Of a stretch of 64,000 bases of DNA, positions 1 to 12,000 are shown one piece after another. The notes beneath the pieces were generated by a model. The model saw only the letters and a list, made by a program, of their open reading frames with translations, searched no databases and was not told where the DNA came from. The translations under genes were made by a program, and so were the position numbers. How positions within the stretch are numbered: position 1 is the first letter of the stretch; each line of letters begins with the position of its first letter. The stretch comes from Eledone cirrhosa (Eukaryota), in NCBI GenBank assembly GCA_964016885.1, contig OZ024757.1, positions 10,106,001-10,170,000 of the forward strand. Direction: 5' to 3'.

Positions 1-3000
1 ATTTAAGTTGGGGTTAAGTTAAGTTGGGGTTAAGTTAAGTTGGGGTTAAATTAAGCTGGGGTTAACTTAAGTAGGGGTTAAGTTAAGTTGGGTTAAGTTG
101 GGATTAACTTAAGTTTGGGTTAAGTTAAGTTGGGGTTAAGTTAAGTTCGGATTGAGTCAAGTGTGGGGTTAAGTCAAGTTGGGGTTAAGTCAAGTTGGGT
201 TTAAGTTAAGTTGGGGTTAAGTTAAGTTGGGGTTAAGTTAAGTTGGTGTTAAGTTAAGTTGGGGTTAAGTTAAGTTGGGGTTAAGTTAATATGGGGTTAA
301 GTTAAGTTGGGGTTAAGTTAAGTTGGGGTTAAGTCAAGTTGGGGTTAAGTCAAGTTGGGGTTAAGTTAAGTTGGGGTTAAGTTAAGTTGGGGTTAAGTTA
401 AGTTGGGGGTAAGTTAATTAAGTCGGGGGTAATTTAAGTTGGGGGTAAGTTAAGCTGGGGTTAAGTTAAATTGGGGTTAAGTTAAGTTGGGGTTAAGTTA
501 AGTAGGGGTTAAGTTAAGTTGGGGTTAAGTTGGGGTTAAGTTAAGTTGGGGTTAAGTTAAGTTGGGGTTAAGTTAAGTTGGGGGTAAGTTAAGTTGGGAT
601 TAAGTCAAGTTGGGGTTAAGTCAAGTTGGGGTTAAGTCAAGTTGGGGTTAATTCAAGTTGGGGTTAAGTCAAGTTGGGATTAAGTCAAGTTGGGGTTAAG
701 TCAAGTTGGGGTTAAGTTAAGTTGGGGTTAAGTTAAGTTGGGGTTAAGTTAAGTTGGGTTTAAGTTAAGTTGGGGTTAAGTTAAGTAGGGGTTAAGTTAA
801 GTTGGGGTTAAGTTGGGGTTAAGTTAAGTTGGGGTTAAGTTAAGTTGGGTTAAGTTAAGTTGGGGTTAATTAAGTTGGGGGTAAGTTAAGTTAGGGGTAA
901 GTTAAGTTGGGGTTAATTTAAGTTGGGGTTAAGTTAAGTTGGGGATAAGTTAAGTTGGGGTTAATTTAAGTTGGGGTTAAGTTATGTTGGGGTTAAGGTA
1001 AGTTGGGGTTAAGTTAAGTTGGGGTTAAGTTAAGTTGGGGTTACGTTAAGTTGGGGTTAAGTTAAGTTGGGGTTAAGTTAAGTTGGGATTAAGTCAAGTT
1101 GGGGTTAATCAAGTTGGGGTTAAGTCAAGTTGGGGTTAAGTCAAGTTTGGGTTAAGTTAAGTTGGGGTTAAGTTAAGTTGGGGTTAAGTTAATTTAGGGG
1201 TAATTTAAGTTGGGGTTAGGTTAAGTTGGGGTTAAGGTAAGTTGGGGTTAAGTTAAGTTGGGGTTAAGTTAAGTTGGGGGTAAGTTAAGTTAGGGGTAAG
1301 TCAAGTTGGGGTTAAATCAAGTTGGGTTTAAGTTAAGTTGGGGTTCAGTTAAGTTGGGGCTAAGTTAAGTTGGGGTTAAGTTGGGGTTAAGTAAAGTTGG
1401 GGTTAAGTTAAGTTGGGGTTAAGTTAAGTTGGGGTTAAGTTAAGTTGGGGTTAAGTTAAGTTGGGGGTAAGTTAAGTTGGGATTAAGTCAAGTTGGGGTT
1501 AAGTCAAGTTGGGGTTAAGTCAAGTTGGGGTTAATTCAAGTTGGGGTTAAGTCAAGTTGGGATTAAGTCAAGTTGGGGTTAAGTCAAGTTGGCTTAAGTT
1601 AAGTTGGGGTTAAGTTAAGTTGGGGTTAAGTTAAGTTGGGTTTAAGTTAAGTTGGGGTTAAGTTAAGTAGGGGTTAAGTTAAGTTGGGGTTAAGTTGGGG
1701 TTAAGTTAAGTTGGGGTTAAGTTAAGTTGGGTTAAGTTAAGTTGGGGTTAATTAAGTTGGGGGTAAGTTAAGTTAGGGGTAAGTTAAGTTGGGGTTAATT
1801 TAAGTTGGGGTTAAGTTAAGTTGGGGATAAGTTAAGTTGGGGTTAATTTAAGTTGGGGTTAAGTTATGTTGGGGTTAAGGTAAGTTGGGGTTAAGTTAAG
1901 TTGGGGTTAAGTTAAGTTGGGGTTACGTTAAGTTGGGGTTAAGTTAAGTTGGGGTTAAGTTAAGTTGGGATTAAGTCAAGTTGGGGTTAATCAAGTTGGG
2001 GTTAAGTCAAGTTGGGGTTAAGTCAAGTTTGGGTTAAGTTAAGTTGGGGTTAAGTTAAGTTGGGGTTAAGTTAATTTAGGGGTAATTTAAGTTGGGGTTA
2101 GGTTAAGTTGGGGTTAAGGTAAGTTGGGGTTAAGTTAAGTTGGGGTTAAGTTAAGTTGGGGGTAAGTTAAGTTAGGGGTAAGTCAAGTTGGGGTTAAATC
2201 AAGTTGGGTTTAAGTTAAGTTGGGGTTCAGTTAAGTTGGGGCTAAGTTAAGTTGGGGTTAAGTTGGGGTTAAGTTAAGTTGGGGTTAAGTTAAGTTGGGG
2301 TTAAGGTAAGTTGGGGCTAAGTTAAGTTGGGGTTAAGTTAAGTTGGGGGTAAGTTAAGTTAGGGGTAAGTCAAGTTGGGGTTAAATCAAGTTGGGTTTAA
2401 GTTAAGTTGGGGTTCAGTTAAGTTGGGGCTAAGTTAAGTTGGGGTTAAGTTGGGGTTAAGTAAAGTTGGGGTTAAGTTAAGTTGGGGTTAAGTTAAGTTG
2501 GGGGTAAGTTAAGTTAGGGGTAATTTAAGTTGGGGTTAAGTTAAGTTGGGGTTAAGTTAAGTTGGGGTTAAGGTAAGTTGGGGTTAAGTTAAGTTGGGGT
2601 TAAGTTAAGTTGGGGTTAAGTTAAGTTGGGTTTAAGTTAAGTTGGGATTAAATCAAGTTGGGGTTAAGTCAAGTTGGGGTTAAGTCAAGTTGGGGTTAAT
2701 TCAAGTTGGGGTTAAGTCAAGTTGGGATTAAGTCAAGTTGGGGTTAAGTCAAGTTGGGGTTAAGTTAAGTTGGGGTTAAGTTAAGTTGGGGTTAAGTTAA
2801 GTTGGGTTTAAGTTAAGTTGGGGTTAAGTTAAGTAGGGGTTAAGTTAAGTTGGGGTTAAGTTGGGGTTAAGTTAAGTTGGGGTTAAGTTAAGTTGGGGTT
2901 AATTAAGTTGGGGGTAAGTTAAGTTAGGGGTAAGTTAAGTTGGGGTTAATTTAAGTTGGGGTTAAGTTAAGTTGGGGTTAAGTTAAGTTGGGGTTAAGTT

Positions 3001-6000
3001 AAGTTGGGGTTAATTTAAGTTGGGGTTAAGTTAAGTTGGGGTTAAGGTAAGTTGGGGTTAAGTTAAGTTGGGGTTAAGTTAAGTTGGGGTTACGTTAAGT
3101 TGGGGTTAAGTTAAGTTGGGGTTAAGTTAAGTTGGGATTAAGTCAAGTTGGTGTTAAGTCAAGTTGGGGTTAAGTCAAGTTGGGGTTAAGTCAAGTTGGG
3201 GTTAAGTCAAGTTTGGGTTAAGTTAAGTTGGGGTTAAGTTAAGTGGGGGTTAAGTTAACTTGGGGTTAAGTTAAGTTGGGGCTAATTTAAGTTGGTGTTA
3301 ATTTAAGTTGGGGTTAAGTTAAGTTGGGGTTAAGTTAAGTTGGGGTTAAATTAAGCTGGGGTTAACTTAAGTAGGGGTTAAGTTAAGTTGGGTTAAGTTG
3401 GGATTAACTTAAGTTTGGGTTAAGTTAAGTTGGGGTTAAGTTAAGTTCGGATTGAGTCAAGTGTGGGGTTAAGTCAAGTTGGGGTTAAGTCAAGTTGGGT
3501 TTAAGTTAAGTTGGGGTTAAGTTAAGTTGGGGTTAAGTTAAGTTGGTGTTAAGTTAAGTTGGGGTTAAGTTAAGTTGGGGTTAAGTTAATATGGGGTTAA
3601 GTTAAGTTGGGGTTAAGTTAAGTTGGGGTTAAGTCAAGTTGGGGTTAAGTCAAGTTGGGGTTAAGTTAAGTTGGGGTTAAGTTAAGTTGGGGTTAAGTTA
3701 AGTTGGGGGTAAGTTAATTAAGTCGGGGGTAATTTAAGTTGGGGGTAAGTTAAGCTGGGGTTAAGTTAAATTGGGGTTAAGTTAAGTTGGGGTTAAGTTA
3801 AGTAGGGGTTAAGTTAAGTTGGGGTTAAGTTGGGGTTAAGTTAAGTTGGGGTTAAGTTAATTTGGGGTTAAGTTAAGTTGGGGTTAAGTTGGGGTTAAGT
3901 TAAGTTGGGGTTAAGTTAAGTTGGGTTTAAGTTAAGTTGGGGTTAAGTTAAGTAGGGGTTAAGTTAAGTTGGGGTTAAGTTGGGGTTAAGTTAAGTTGGG
4001 GTTAAGTTAAGTTGGGTTAAGTTAAGTTGGGGTTAATTAAGTTGGGGGTAAGTTAAGTTAGGGGTAAGTTAAGTTGGGGTTAATTTAAGTTGGGGTTAAG
4101 TTAAGTTGGGGATAAGTTAAGTTGGGGTTAATTTAAGTTGGGGTTAAGTTATGTTGGGGTTAAGGTAAGTTGGGGTTAAGTTAAGTTGGGGTTAAGTTAA
4201 GTTGGGGTTACGTTAAGTTGGGGTTAAGTTAAGTTGGGGTTAAGTTAAGTTGGGATTAAGTCAAGTTGGGGTTAATAAAGTTGGGGTTAAGTCAAGTTGG
4301 GGTTAAGTCAAGTTTGGGTTAAGTTAAGTTGGGGTTAAGTTAAGTTGGGGTTAAGTTAATTTAGGGGTAATTTAAGTTGGGGTTAGGTTAAGTTGGGGTT
4401 AAGGTAAGTTGGGGTTAAGTTAAGTTGGGGTTAAGTTAAGTTGGGGGTAAGTTAAGTTAGGGGTAAGTCAAGTTGGGGTTAAATCAAGTTGGGTTTAAGT
4501 TAAGTTGGGGTTCAGTTAAGTTGGGGCTAAGTTAAGATGGGGTTAAGTTGGGGTTAAGTTAAGTTGGGGTTAAGTTAAGTTGGGGTTAAGGTAAGTTGGG
4601 GTTAAGTTAAGTTGGGGTTAAGTTAAGTTGGGGGTAAGTTAAGTTAGGGGTAAGTCAAGTTGGGGTTAAATCAAGTTGGGTTTAAGTTAAGTTGGGGTTC
4701 AGTTAAGTTGGGGCTAAGTTAAGTTGGGGTTAAGTTGGGGTTAAGTAAAGTTGGGGTTAAGTTAAGTTGGGGTTAAGTTAAGTTGGGGGTAAGTTAAGTT
4801 TGGGGTAATTTAAGTTGGGATTAAGTTAAGTTGGGGTTAAGTTAAGTTGGGGTTAAGGTAAGTTGGGGTTAAGTTAAGTTGGGGTTAAGTTAAGTTGGGG
4901 TTAAGTTAAGTTGGGTTTAAGTTAAGTTGGGATTAAATCAAGTTGGGGTTAAGTCAAGTTGGGGTTAAGTCAAGTTGGGGTTAATTCAAGTTGGGGTTAA
5001 GTCATGTTGGGATTAAGTCAAGTTGGGGTTAAGTCAAGTTGGGGTTAAGTTAAGTTGGGGTTAAGTTAAGTTGGGGTTAAGTTAAGTTGGGTTTAAGTTA
5101 AGTTGGGGTTAAGTTAAGTAGGGGTTAAGTTAAGTTGGGGTTAAGTTGGGGTTAAGTTAAGTTGGGGTTAAGTTAAGTTGGGGTTAATTAAGTTGGGGGT
5201 AAGTTAAGTTAGGGGTAAGTTAAGTTGGGGTTAATTTAAGTTGGGGTTAAGTTAAGTTGGGGTTAAGTTAAGTTGGGGTTAAGTTAAGTTGGGGTTAATT
5301 TAAGTTGGGGTTAAGTTAAGTTGGGGTTAAGGTAAGTTGGGGTTAAGTTAAGTTGGGGTTAAGTTAAGTTGGGGTTACGTTAAGTTGGGGTTAAGTTAAG
5401 TTGGGGTTAAGTTAAGTTGGGATTAAGTCAAGTTGGTGTTAAGTCAAGTTGGGGTTAAGTCAAGTTGGGGTTAAGTCAAGTTGGGGTTAAGTCAAGTTTG
5501 GGTTAAGTTAAGTTGGGGTTAAGTTAAGTGGGGGTTAAGTTAACTTGGGGTTAAGTTAAGTTGGGGCTAATTTAAGTTGGTGTTAATTTAAGTTGGGGTT
5601 AAGTTAAGTTGGGGTTAAGTTAAGTTGGGGTTAAATTAAGCTGGGGTTAACTTAAGTAGGGGTTAAGTTAAGTTGGGTTAAGTTGGGATTAACTTAAGTT
5701 TGGGTTAAGTTAAGTTGGGGTTAAGTTAAGTTCGGATTGAGTCAAGTGTGGGGTTAAGTCAAGTTGGGGTTAAGTCAAGTTGGGTTTAAGTTAAGTTGGG
5801 GTTAAGTTAAGTTGGGGTTAAGTTAAGTTGGTGTTAAGTTAAGTTGGGGTTAAGTTAAGTTGGGGTTAAGTTAATATGGGGTTAAGTTAAGTTGGGGTTA
5901 AGTTAAGTTGGGGTTAAGTCAAGTTGGGGTTAAGTCAAGTTGGGGTTAAGTTAAGTTGGGGTTAAGTTAAGTTGGGGTTAAGTTAAGTTGGGGGTAAGTT

Positions 6001-9000
6001 AATTAAGTCGGGGGTAATTTAAGTTGGGGGTAAGTTAAGCTGGGGTTAAGTTAAATTGGGGTTAAGTTAAGTTGGGGTTAAGTTAAGTAGGGGTTAAGTT
6101 AAGTTGGGGTTAAGTTGGGGTTAAGTTAAGTTGGGGTTAAGTTAAGTTGGGGTTAAGTTAAGTTGGGGGTAAGTTAAGTTGGGATTAAGTCAAGTTGGGG
6201 TTATGTCAAGTTGGGGTTAAGTCAAGTTGGGGTTAATTCAAGTTGGGGTTAAGTCAAGTTGGGATTAAGTCAAGTTGGGGTTAAGTCAAGTTGGGGTTAA
6301 GTTAAGTTGGGGTTAAGTTAAGTTGGGGTTAAGTTAAGTTGGGTTTAAGTTAAGTTGGGGTTAAGTTAAGTAGGGGTTAAGTTAAGTTGGGGTTAAGTTG
6401 GGGTTAAGTTAAGTTGGGGTTAAGTTAAGTTGGGTTAAGTTAAGTTGGGGTTAATTAAGTTGGGGGTAAGTTAAGTTAGGGGTAAGTTAAGTTGGGGTTA
6501 ATTTAAGTTGGGGTTAAGTTAAGTTGGGGATAAGTTAAGTTGGGGTTAATTTAAGTTGGGGTTAAGTTATGTTGGGGTTAAGGTAAGTTGGGGTTAAGTT
6601 AAGTTGGGGTTAAGTTAAGTTGGGGTTACGTTAAGTTGGGGTTAAGTTAAGTTGGGGTTAAGTTAAGTTGGGATTAAGTCAAGTTGGGGTTAATCAAGTT
6701 GGGGTTAAGTCAAGTTGGGGTTAAGTCAAGTTTGGGTTAAGTTAAGTTGGGGTTAAGTTAAGTTGGGGTTAAGTTAATTTAGGGGTAATTTAAGTTGGGG
6801 TTAGGTTAAGTTGGGGTTAAGGTAAGTTGGGGTTAAGTTAAGTTGGGGTTAAGTTAAGTTGGGGGTAAGTTAAGTTAGGGGTAAGTCAAGTTGGGGTTAA
6901 ATCAAGTTGGGTTTAAGTTAAGTTGGGGTTCAGTTAAGTTGGGGCTAAGTTAAGTTGGGGTTAAGTTGGGGTTAAGTAAAGTTGGGGTTAAGTTAAGTTG
7001 GGGTTAAGTTAAGTTGGGGTTAAGTTAAGTTGGGGTTAAGTTAAGTTGGGGGTAAGTTAAGTTGGGATTAAGTCAAGTTGGGGTTAAGTCAAGTTGGGGT
7101 TAAGTCAAGTTGGGGTTAATTCAAGTTGGGGTTAAGTCAAGTTGGGATTAAGTCAAGTTGGGGTTAAGTCAAGTTGGGGTTAAGTTAAGTTGGGGTTAAG
7201 TTAAGTTGGGGTTAAGTTAAGTTGGGTTTAAGTTAAGTTGGGGTTAAGTTAAGTAGGGGTTAAGTTAAGTTGGGGTTAAGTTGGGGTTAAGTTAAGTTGG
7301 GGTTAAGTTAAGTTGGGTTAAGTTAAGTTGGGGTTAATTAAGTTGGGGGTAAGTTAAGTTAGGGGTAAGTTAAGTTGGGGTTAATTTAAGTTGGGGTTAA
7401 GTTAAGTTGGGGATAAGTTAAGTTGGGGTTAATTTAAGTTGGGGTTAAGTTATGTTGGGGTTAAGGTAAGTTGGGGTTAAGTTAAGTTGGGGTTAAGTTA
7501 AGTTGGGGTTACGTTAAGTTGGGGTTAAGTTAAGTTGGGGTTAAGTTAAGTTGGGATTAAGTCAAGTTGGGGTTAATCAAGTTGGGGTTAAGTCAAGTTG
7601 GGGTTAAGTCAAGTTTGGGTTAAGTTAAGTTGGGGTTAAGTTAAGTTGGGGTTAAGTTAATTTAGGGGTAATTTAAGTTGGGGTTAGGTTAAGTTGGGGT
7701 TAAGGTAAGTTGGGGTTAAGTTAAGTTGGGGTTAAGTTAAGTTGGGGGTAAGTTAAGTTAGGGGTAAGTCAAGTTGGGGTTAAATCAAGTTGGGTTTAAG
7801 TTAAGTTGGGGTTCAGTTAAGTTGGGGCTAAGTTAAGTTGGGGTTAAGTTGGGGTTAAGTTAAGTTGGGGTTAAGTTAAGTTGGGGTTAAGGTAAGTTGG
7901 GGCTAAGTTAAGTTGGGGTTAAGTTAAGTTGGGGGTAAGTTAAGTTAGGGGTAAGTCAAGTTGGGGTTAAATCAAGTTGGGTTTAAGTTAAGTTGGGGTT
8001 CAGTTAAGTTGGGGCTAAGTTAAGTTGGGGTTAAGTTGGGGTTAAGTAAAGTTGGGGTTAAGTTAAGTTGGGGTTAAGTTAAGTTGGGGTTAAGTTAAGT
8101 TGGGGTTAAGGTAAGTTGGGGTTAAGTTAAGTCGGGGTTAAGTTAAGTTGGGGTTAAGTTAAGTTGGGTTTAAGTTAAGTTGGGATTAAATCAAGTTGGG
8201 GTTAAGTCAAGTTGGGGTTAAGTCAAGTTGGGGTCAATTCAAGTTGGGGTTAAGTCAAGTTGGGATTAAATCATGTTGGGGTTAAGTCAAGTTGGGGTTA
8301 AGTTAAGTTGAGGTTAAGTTAAGTTGGGGTTAAGTTAAGTTGGGTTTAAGTTAAGTTGGGGTTAAGTTAAGTAGGGGTTAAGTTAAGTTGGGGTTAAGTT
8401 GGGGTTAAGTTAAGTTGGGGTTAAGTTAAGTTGGGTTAAGTTAAGTTGGGGTTAATTAAGTTGGGGGTAAGTTAAGTTAGGGGTAAGTTAAGTTGGGGTT
8501 AATTTAAGTTGGGGTTAAGTTAAGTTGGGGTTAAGTTAAGTTGGGGTTAAGTTAAGTTGGGGTTAAGGTAAGTTGGGGTTAAGTTAAGTTGGGGTTAAGT
8601 TAAGTTGGGGTTAAGTTAAGTTGGGTTTAAGTTAAGTTGGGATTAAATCAAGTTGGGGTTAAGTCAAGTTGGGGTTAAGTCAAGTTGGGGTTAATTCAAG
8701 TTGGGGTTAAGTCAAGTTGGGATTAAGTCAAGTTGGGGTTAAGTCAAGTTGGGGTTAAGTTAAGTTGGGGTTAAGTTAAGTTGGGGTTAAGTTAAGTTGG
8801 GTTTAAGTTAAGTTGGGGTTAAGTTAAGTAGGGGTTAAGTTAAGTTGGGGTTAAGTTGGGGTTAAGTTAAGTTGGGGTTAAGTTAAGTTGGGGTTAATTA
8901 AGTTGGGGGTAAGTTAAGTTAGGGGTAAGTTAAGTTGGGGTTAATTTAAGTTGGGGTTAAGTTAAGTTGGGGTTAAGTTAAGTTGGGGTTAAGTTAAGTT

Positions 9001-12000
9001 GGGGTTAATTTAAGTTGGGGTTAAGTTAAGTTGGGGTTAAGGTAAGTTGGGGTTAAGTTAAGTTGGGGTTAAGTTAAGTTGGGGTTACGTTAAGTTGGGG
9101 TTAAGTTAAGTTGGGGTTAAGTTAAGTTGGGATTAAGTCAAGTTGGTGTTAAGTCAAGTTGGGGTTAAGTCAAGTTGGGGTTAAGTCAAGTTGGGGTTAA
9201 GTCAAGTTTGGGTTAAGTTAAGTTGGGGTTAAGTTAAGTGGGGGTTAAGTTAACTTGGGGTTAAGTTAAGTTGGGGCTAATTTAAGTTGGTGTTAATTTA
9301 AGTTGGGGTTAAGTTAAGTTGGGGTTAAGTTAAGTTGGGGTTAAATTAAGCTGGGGTTAACTTAAGTAGGGGTTAAGTTAAGTTGGGTTAAGTTGGGATT
9401 AACTTAAGTTTGGGTTAAGTTAAGTTGGGGTTAAGTTAAGTTCGGATTGAGTCAAGTGTGGGGTTAAGTCAAGTTGGGGTTAAGTCAAGTTGGGTTTAAG
9501 TTAAGTTGGGGTTAAGTTAAGTTGGGGTTAAGTTAAGTTGGTGTTAAGTTAAGTTGGGGTTAAGTTAAGTTGGGGTTAAGTTAATATGGGGTTAAGTTAA
9601 GTTGGGGTTAAGTTAAGTTGGGGTTAAGTCAAGTTGGGGTTAAGTCAAGTTGGGGTTAAGTTAAGTTGGGGTTAAGTTAAGTTGGGGTTAAGTTAAGTTG
9701 GGGGTAAGTTAATTAAGTCGGGGGTAATTTAAGTTGGGGGTAAGTTAAGCTGGGGTTAAGTTAAATTGGGGTTAAGTTAAGTTGGGGTTAAGTTAAGTAG
9801 GGGTTAAGTTAAGTTGGGGTTAAGTTGGGGTTAAGTTAAGTTGGGGTTAAGTTAATTTGGGGTTAAGTTAAGTTGGGGTTAAGTTGGGGTTAAGTTAAGT
9901 TGGGGTTAAGTTAAGTTGGGGTTAAGTTAAGTTGGGGGTAAGTTAAGTTAGGGGTAATTTAAGTTGGGGTTAAGTTAAGTTGGGGTTAAGTTAAGTTGGG
10001 GTTAAGGTAAGTTGGGGTTAAGTTAAGTCGGGGTTAAGTTAAGTTGGGGTTAAGTTAAGTTGGGTTTAAGTTAAGTTGGGATTAAATCAAGTTGGGGTTA
10101 AGTCAAGTTGGGGTTAAGTCAAGTTGGGGTCAATTCAAGTTGGGGTTAAGTCAAGTTGGGATTAAATCATGTTGGGGTTAAGTCAAGTTGGGGTTAAGTT
10201 AAGTTGAGGTTAAGTTAAGTTGGGGTTAAGTTAAGTTGGGTTTAAGTTAAGTTGGGGTTAAGTTAAGTAGGGGTTAAGTTAAGTTGGGGTTAAGTTGGGG
10301 TTAAGTTAAGTTGGGGTTAAGTTAAGTTGGGTTAAGTTAAGTTGGGGTTAATTAAGTTGGGGGTAAGTTAAGTTAGGGGTAAGTTAAGTTGGGGTTAATT
10401 TAAGTTGGGGTTAAGTTAAGTTGGGGTTAAGTTAAGTTGGGGTTAAGTTAAGTTGGGGTTAATTTAAGTTGGGGTTAAGTTAAGTTGGGGTTAAGGTAAG
10501 TTGGGGTTAAGTTAAGTTGGGGTTAAGTTAAGTTGGGGTTACGTTAAGTTGGGGTTAAGTTAAGTTGGGGTTAAGTTAAGTTGGGATTAAGTCAAGTTGG
10601 TGTTAAGTCAAGTTGGGGTTAAGTCAAGTTGGGGTTAAGTCAAGTTGGGGTTAAGTCAAGTTTGGGTTAAGTTAAGTTGGGGTTAAGTTAAGTGGGGGTT
10701 AAGTTAACTTGGGGTTAAGTTAAGTTGGGGCTAATTTAAGTTGGTGTTAATTTAAGTTGGGGTTAAGTTAAGTTGGGGTTAAGTTAAGTTGGGGTTAAAT
10801 TAAGCTGGGGTTAACTTAAGTAGGGGTTAAGTTAAGTTGGGTTAAGTTGGGATTAACTTAAGTTTGGGTTAAGTTAAGTTGGGGTTAAGTTAAGTTCGGA
10901 TTGAGTCAAGTGTGGGGTTAAGTCAAGTTGGGGTTAAGTCAAGTTGGGTTTAAGTTAAGTTGGGGTTAAGTTAAGTTGGGGTTAAGTTAATATGGGGTTA
11001 AGTTAAGTTGGGGTTAAGTTAAGTTGGGGTTAAGTCAAGTTGGGGTTAAGTCAAGTTGGGGTTAAGTTAAGTTGGGGTTAAGTTAAGTTGGGGTTAAGTT
11101 AAGTTGGGGGTAAGTTAATTAAGTCGGGGGTAATTTAAGTTGGGGGTAAGTTAAGCTGGGGTTAAGTTAAATTGGGGTTAAGTTAAGTTGGGGTTAAGTT
11201 AAGTAGGGGTTAAGTTAAGTTGGGGTTAAGTTGGGGTTAAGTTAAGTTGGGGTTAAGTTAATTTGGGGTTAAGTTAAGTTGGGGTTAAGTTAAGTTGGGG
11301 TTAAGTTAAGTTGGGGGTAAGTTAAGTTAGGGGTAAGTTAAGTTGGGGTTAAGTTAAGTTGGGGTTACGTTAAGTTGGGGATAAGTTAAGTTGGGGTTAA
11401 TTTAAGTTGGGGTTAAGTTAAGTTGGGGTTAAGGTAAGTTGGGGTTAAGTTAAGTTGGGGTTAAGTTAAGTTGGGGTTACGTTAAGTTGGGGTTAAGTTA
11501 AATTGGGGTTAATTTAAGTTGGGATTAAGTCAAGTTGGGGTTAAGTCAAGTTGGGGTTAAGTCAAGTTGGGGTTAAGTCAAGTTTGGGTTAAGTTAAGTT
11601 GGGGTTAAGTTAAGTTGGGGTTAAGTTAAGTTGGGGTAAGTTAAGTTGGAATTAAGTCAAGTTGGGGTTAAATCAAGTTGGGGTTAAGTCGAGTTGGGTT
11701 TAAGTTAAGTTGGGGTTCAGTTAAGTTGGGGCTAAGTTAAGTTGGGGTTAAGTTGGGGTTAAGTTAAGTTGGGGTTAAATCAAGTTGGGGTTAACTCAAG
11801 TTGGGGTTAAGTCAAGTTGGGGTTAAGTCAAGTTGGGATTAAGTCAAGTTGGGGTTAAGTCAAGTTGGGGTTAAGTTAAGTTGGGGTTAAGTTAAGTTGG
11901 GGTTAAGTTAAGTTGGGGTTAAATTAAGTTGGGGGTAAGTTAATTAAGTCGGGGGTAATTTAAGTTGGGGGTAAGTTAAGCTGGGGTTAAGTTAAGTTGG

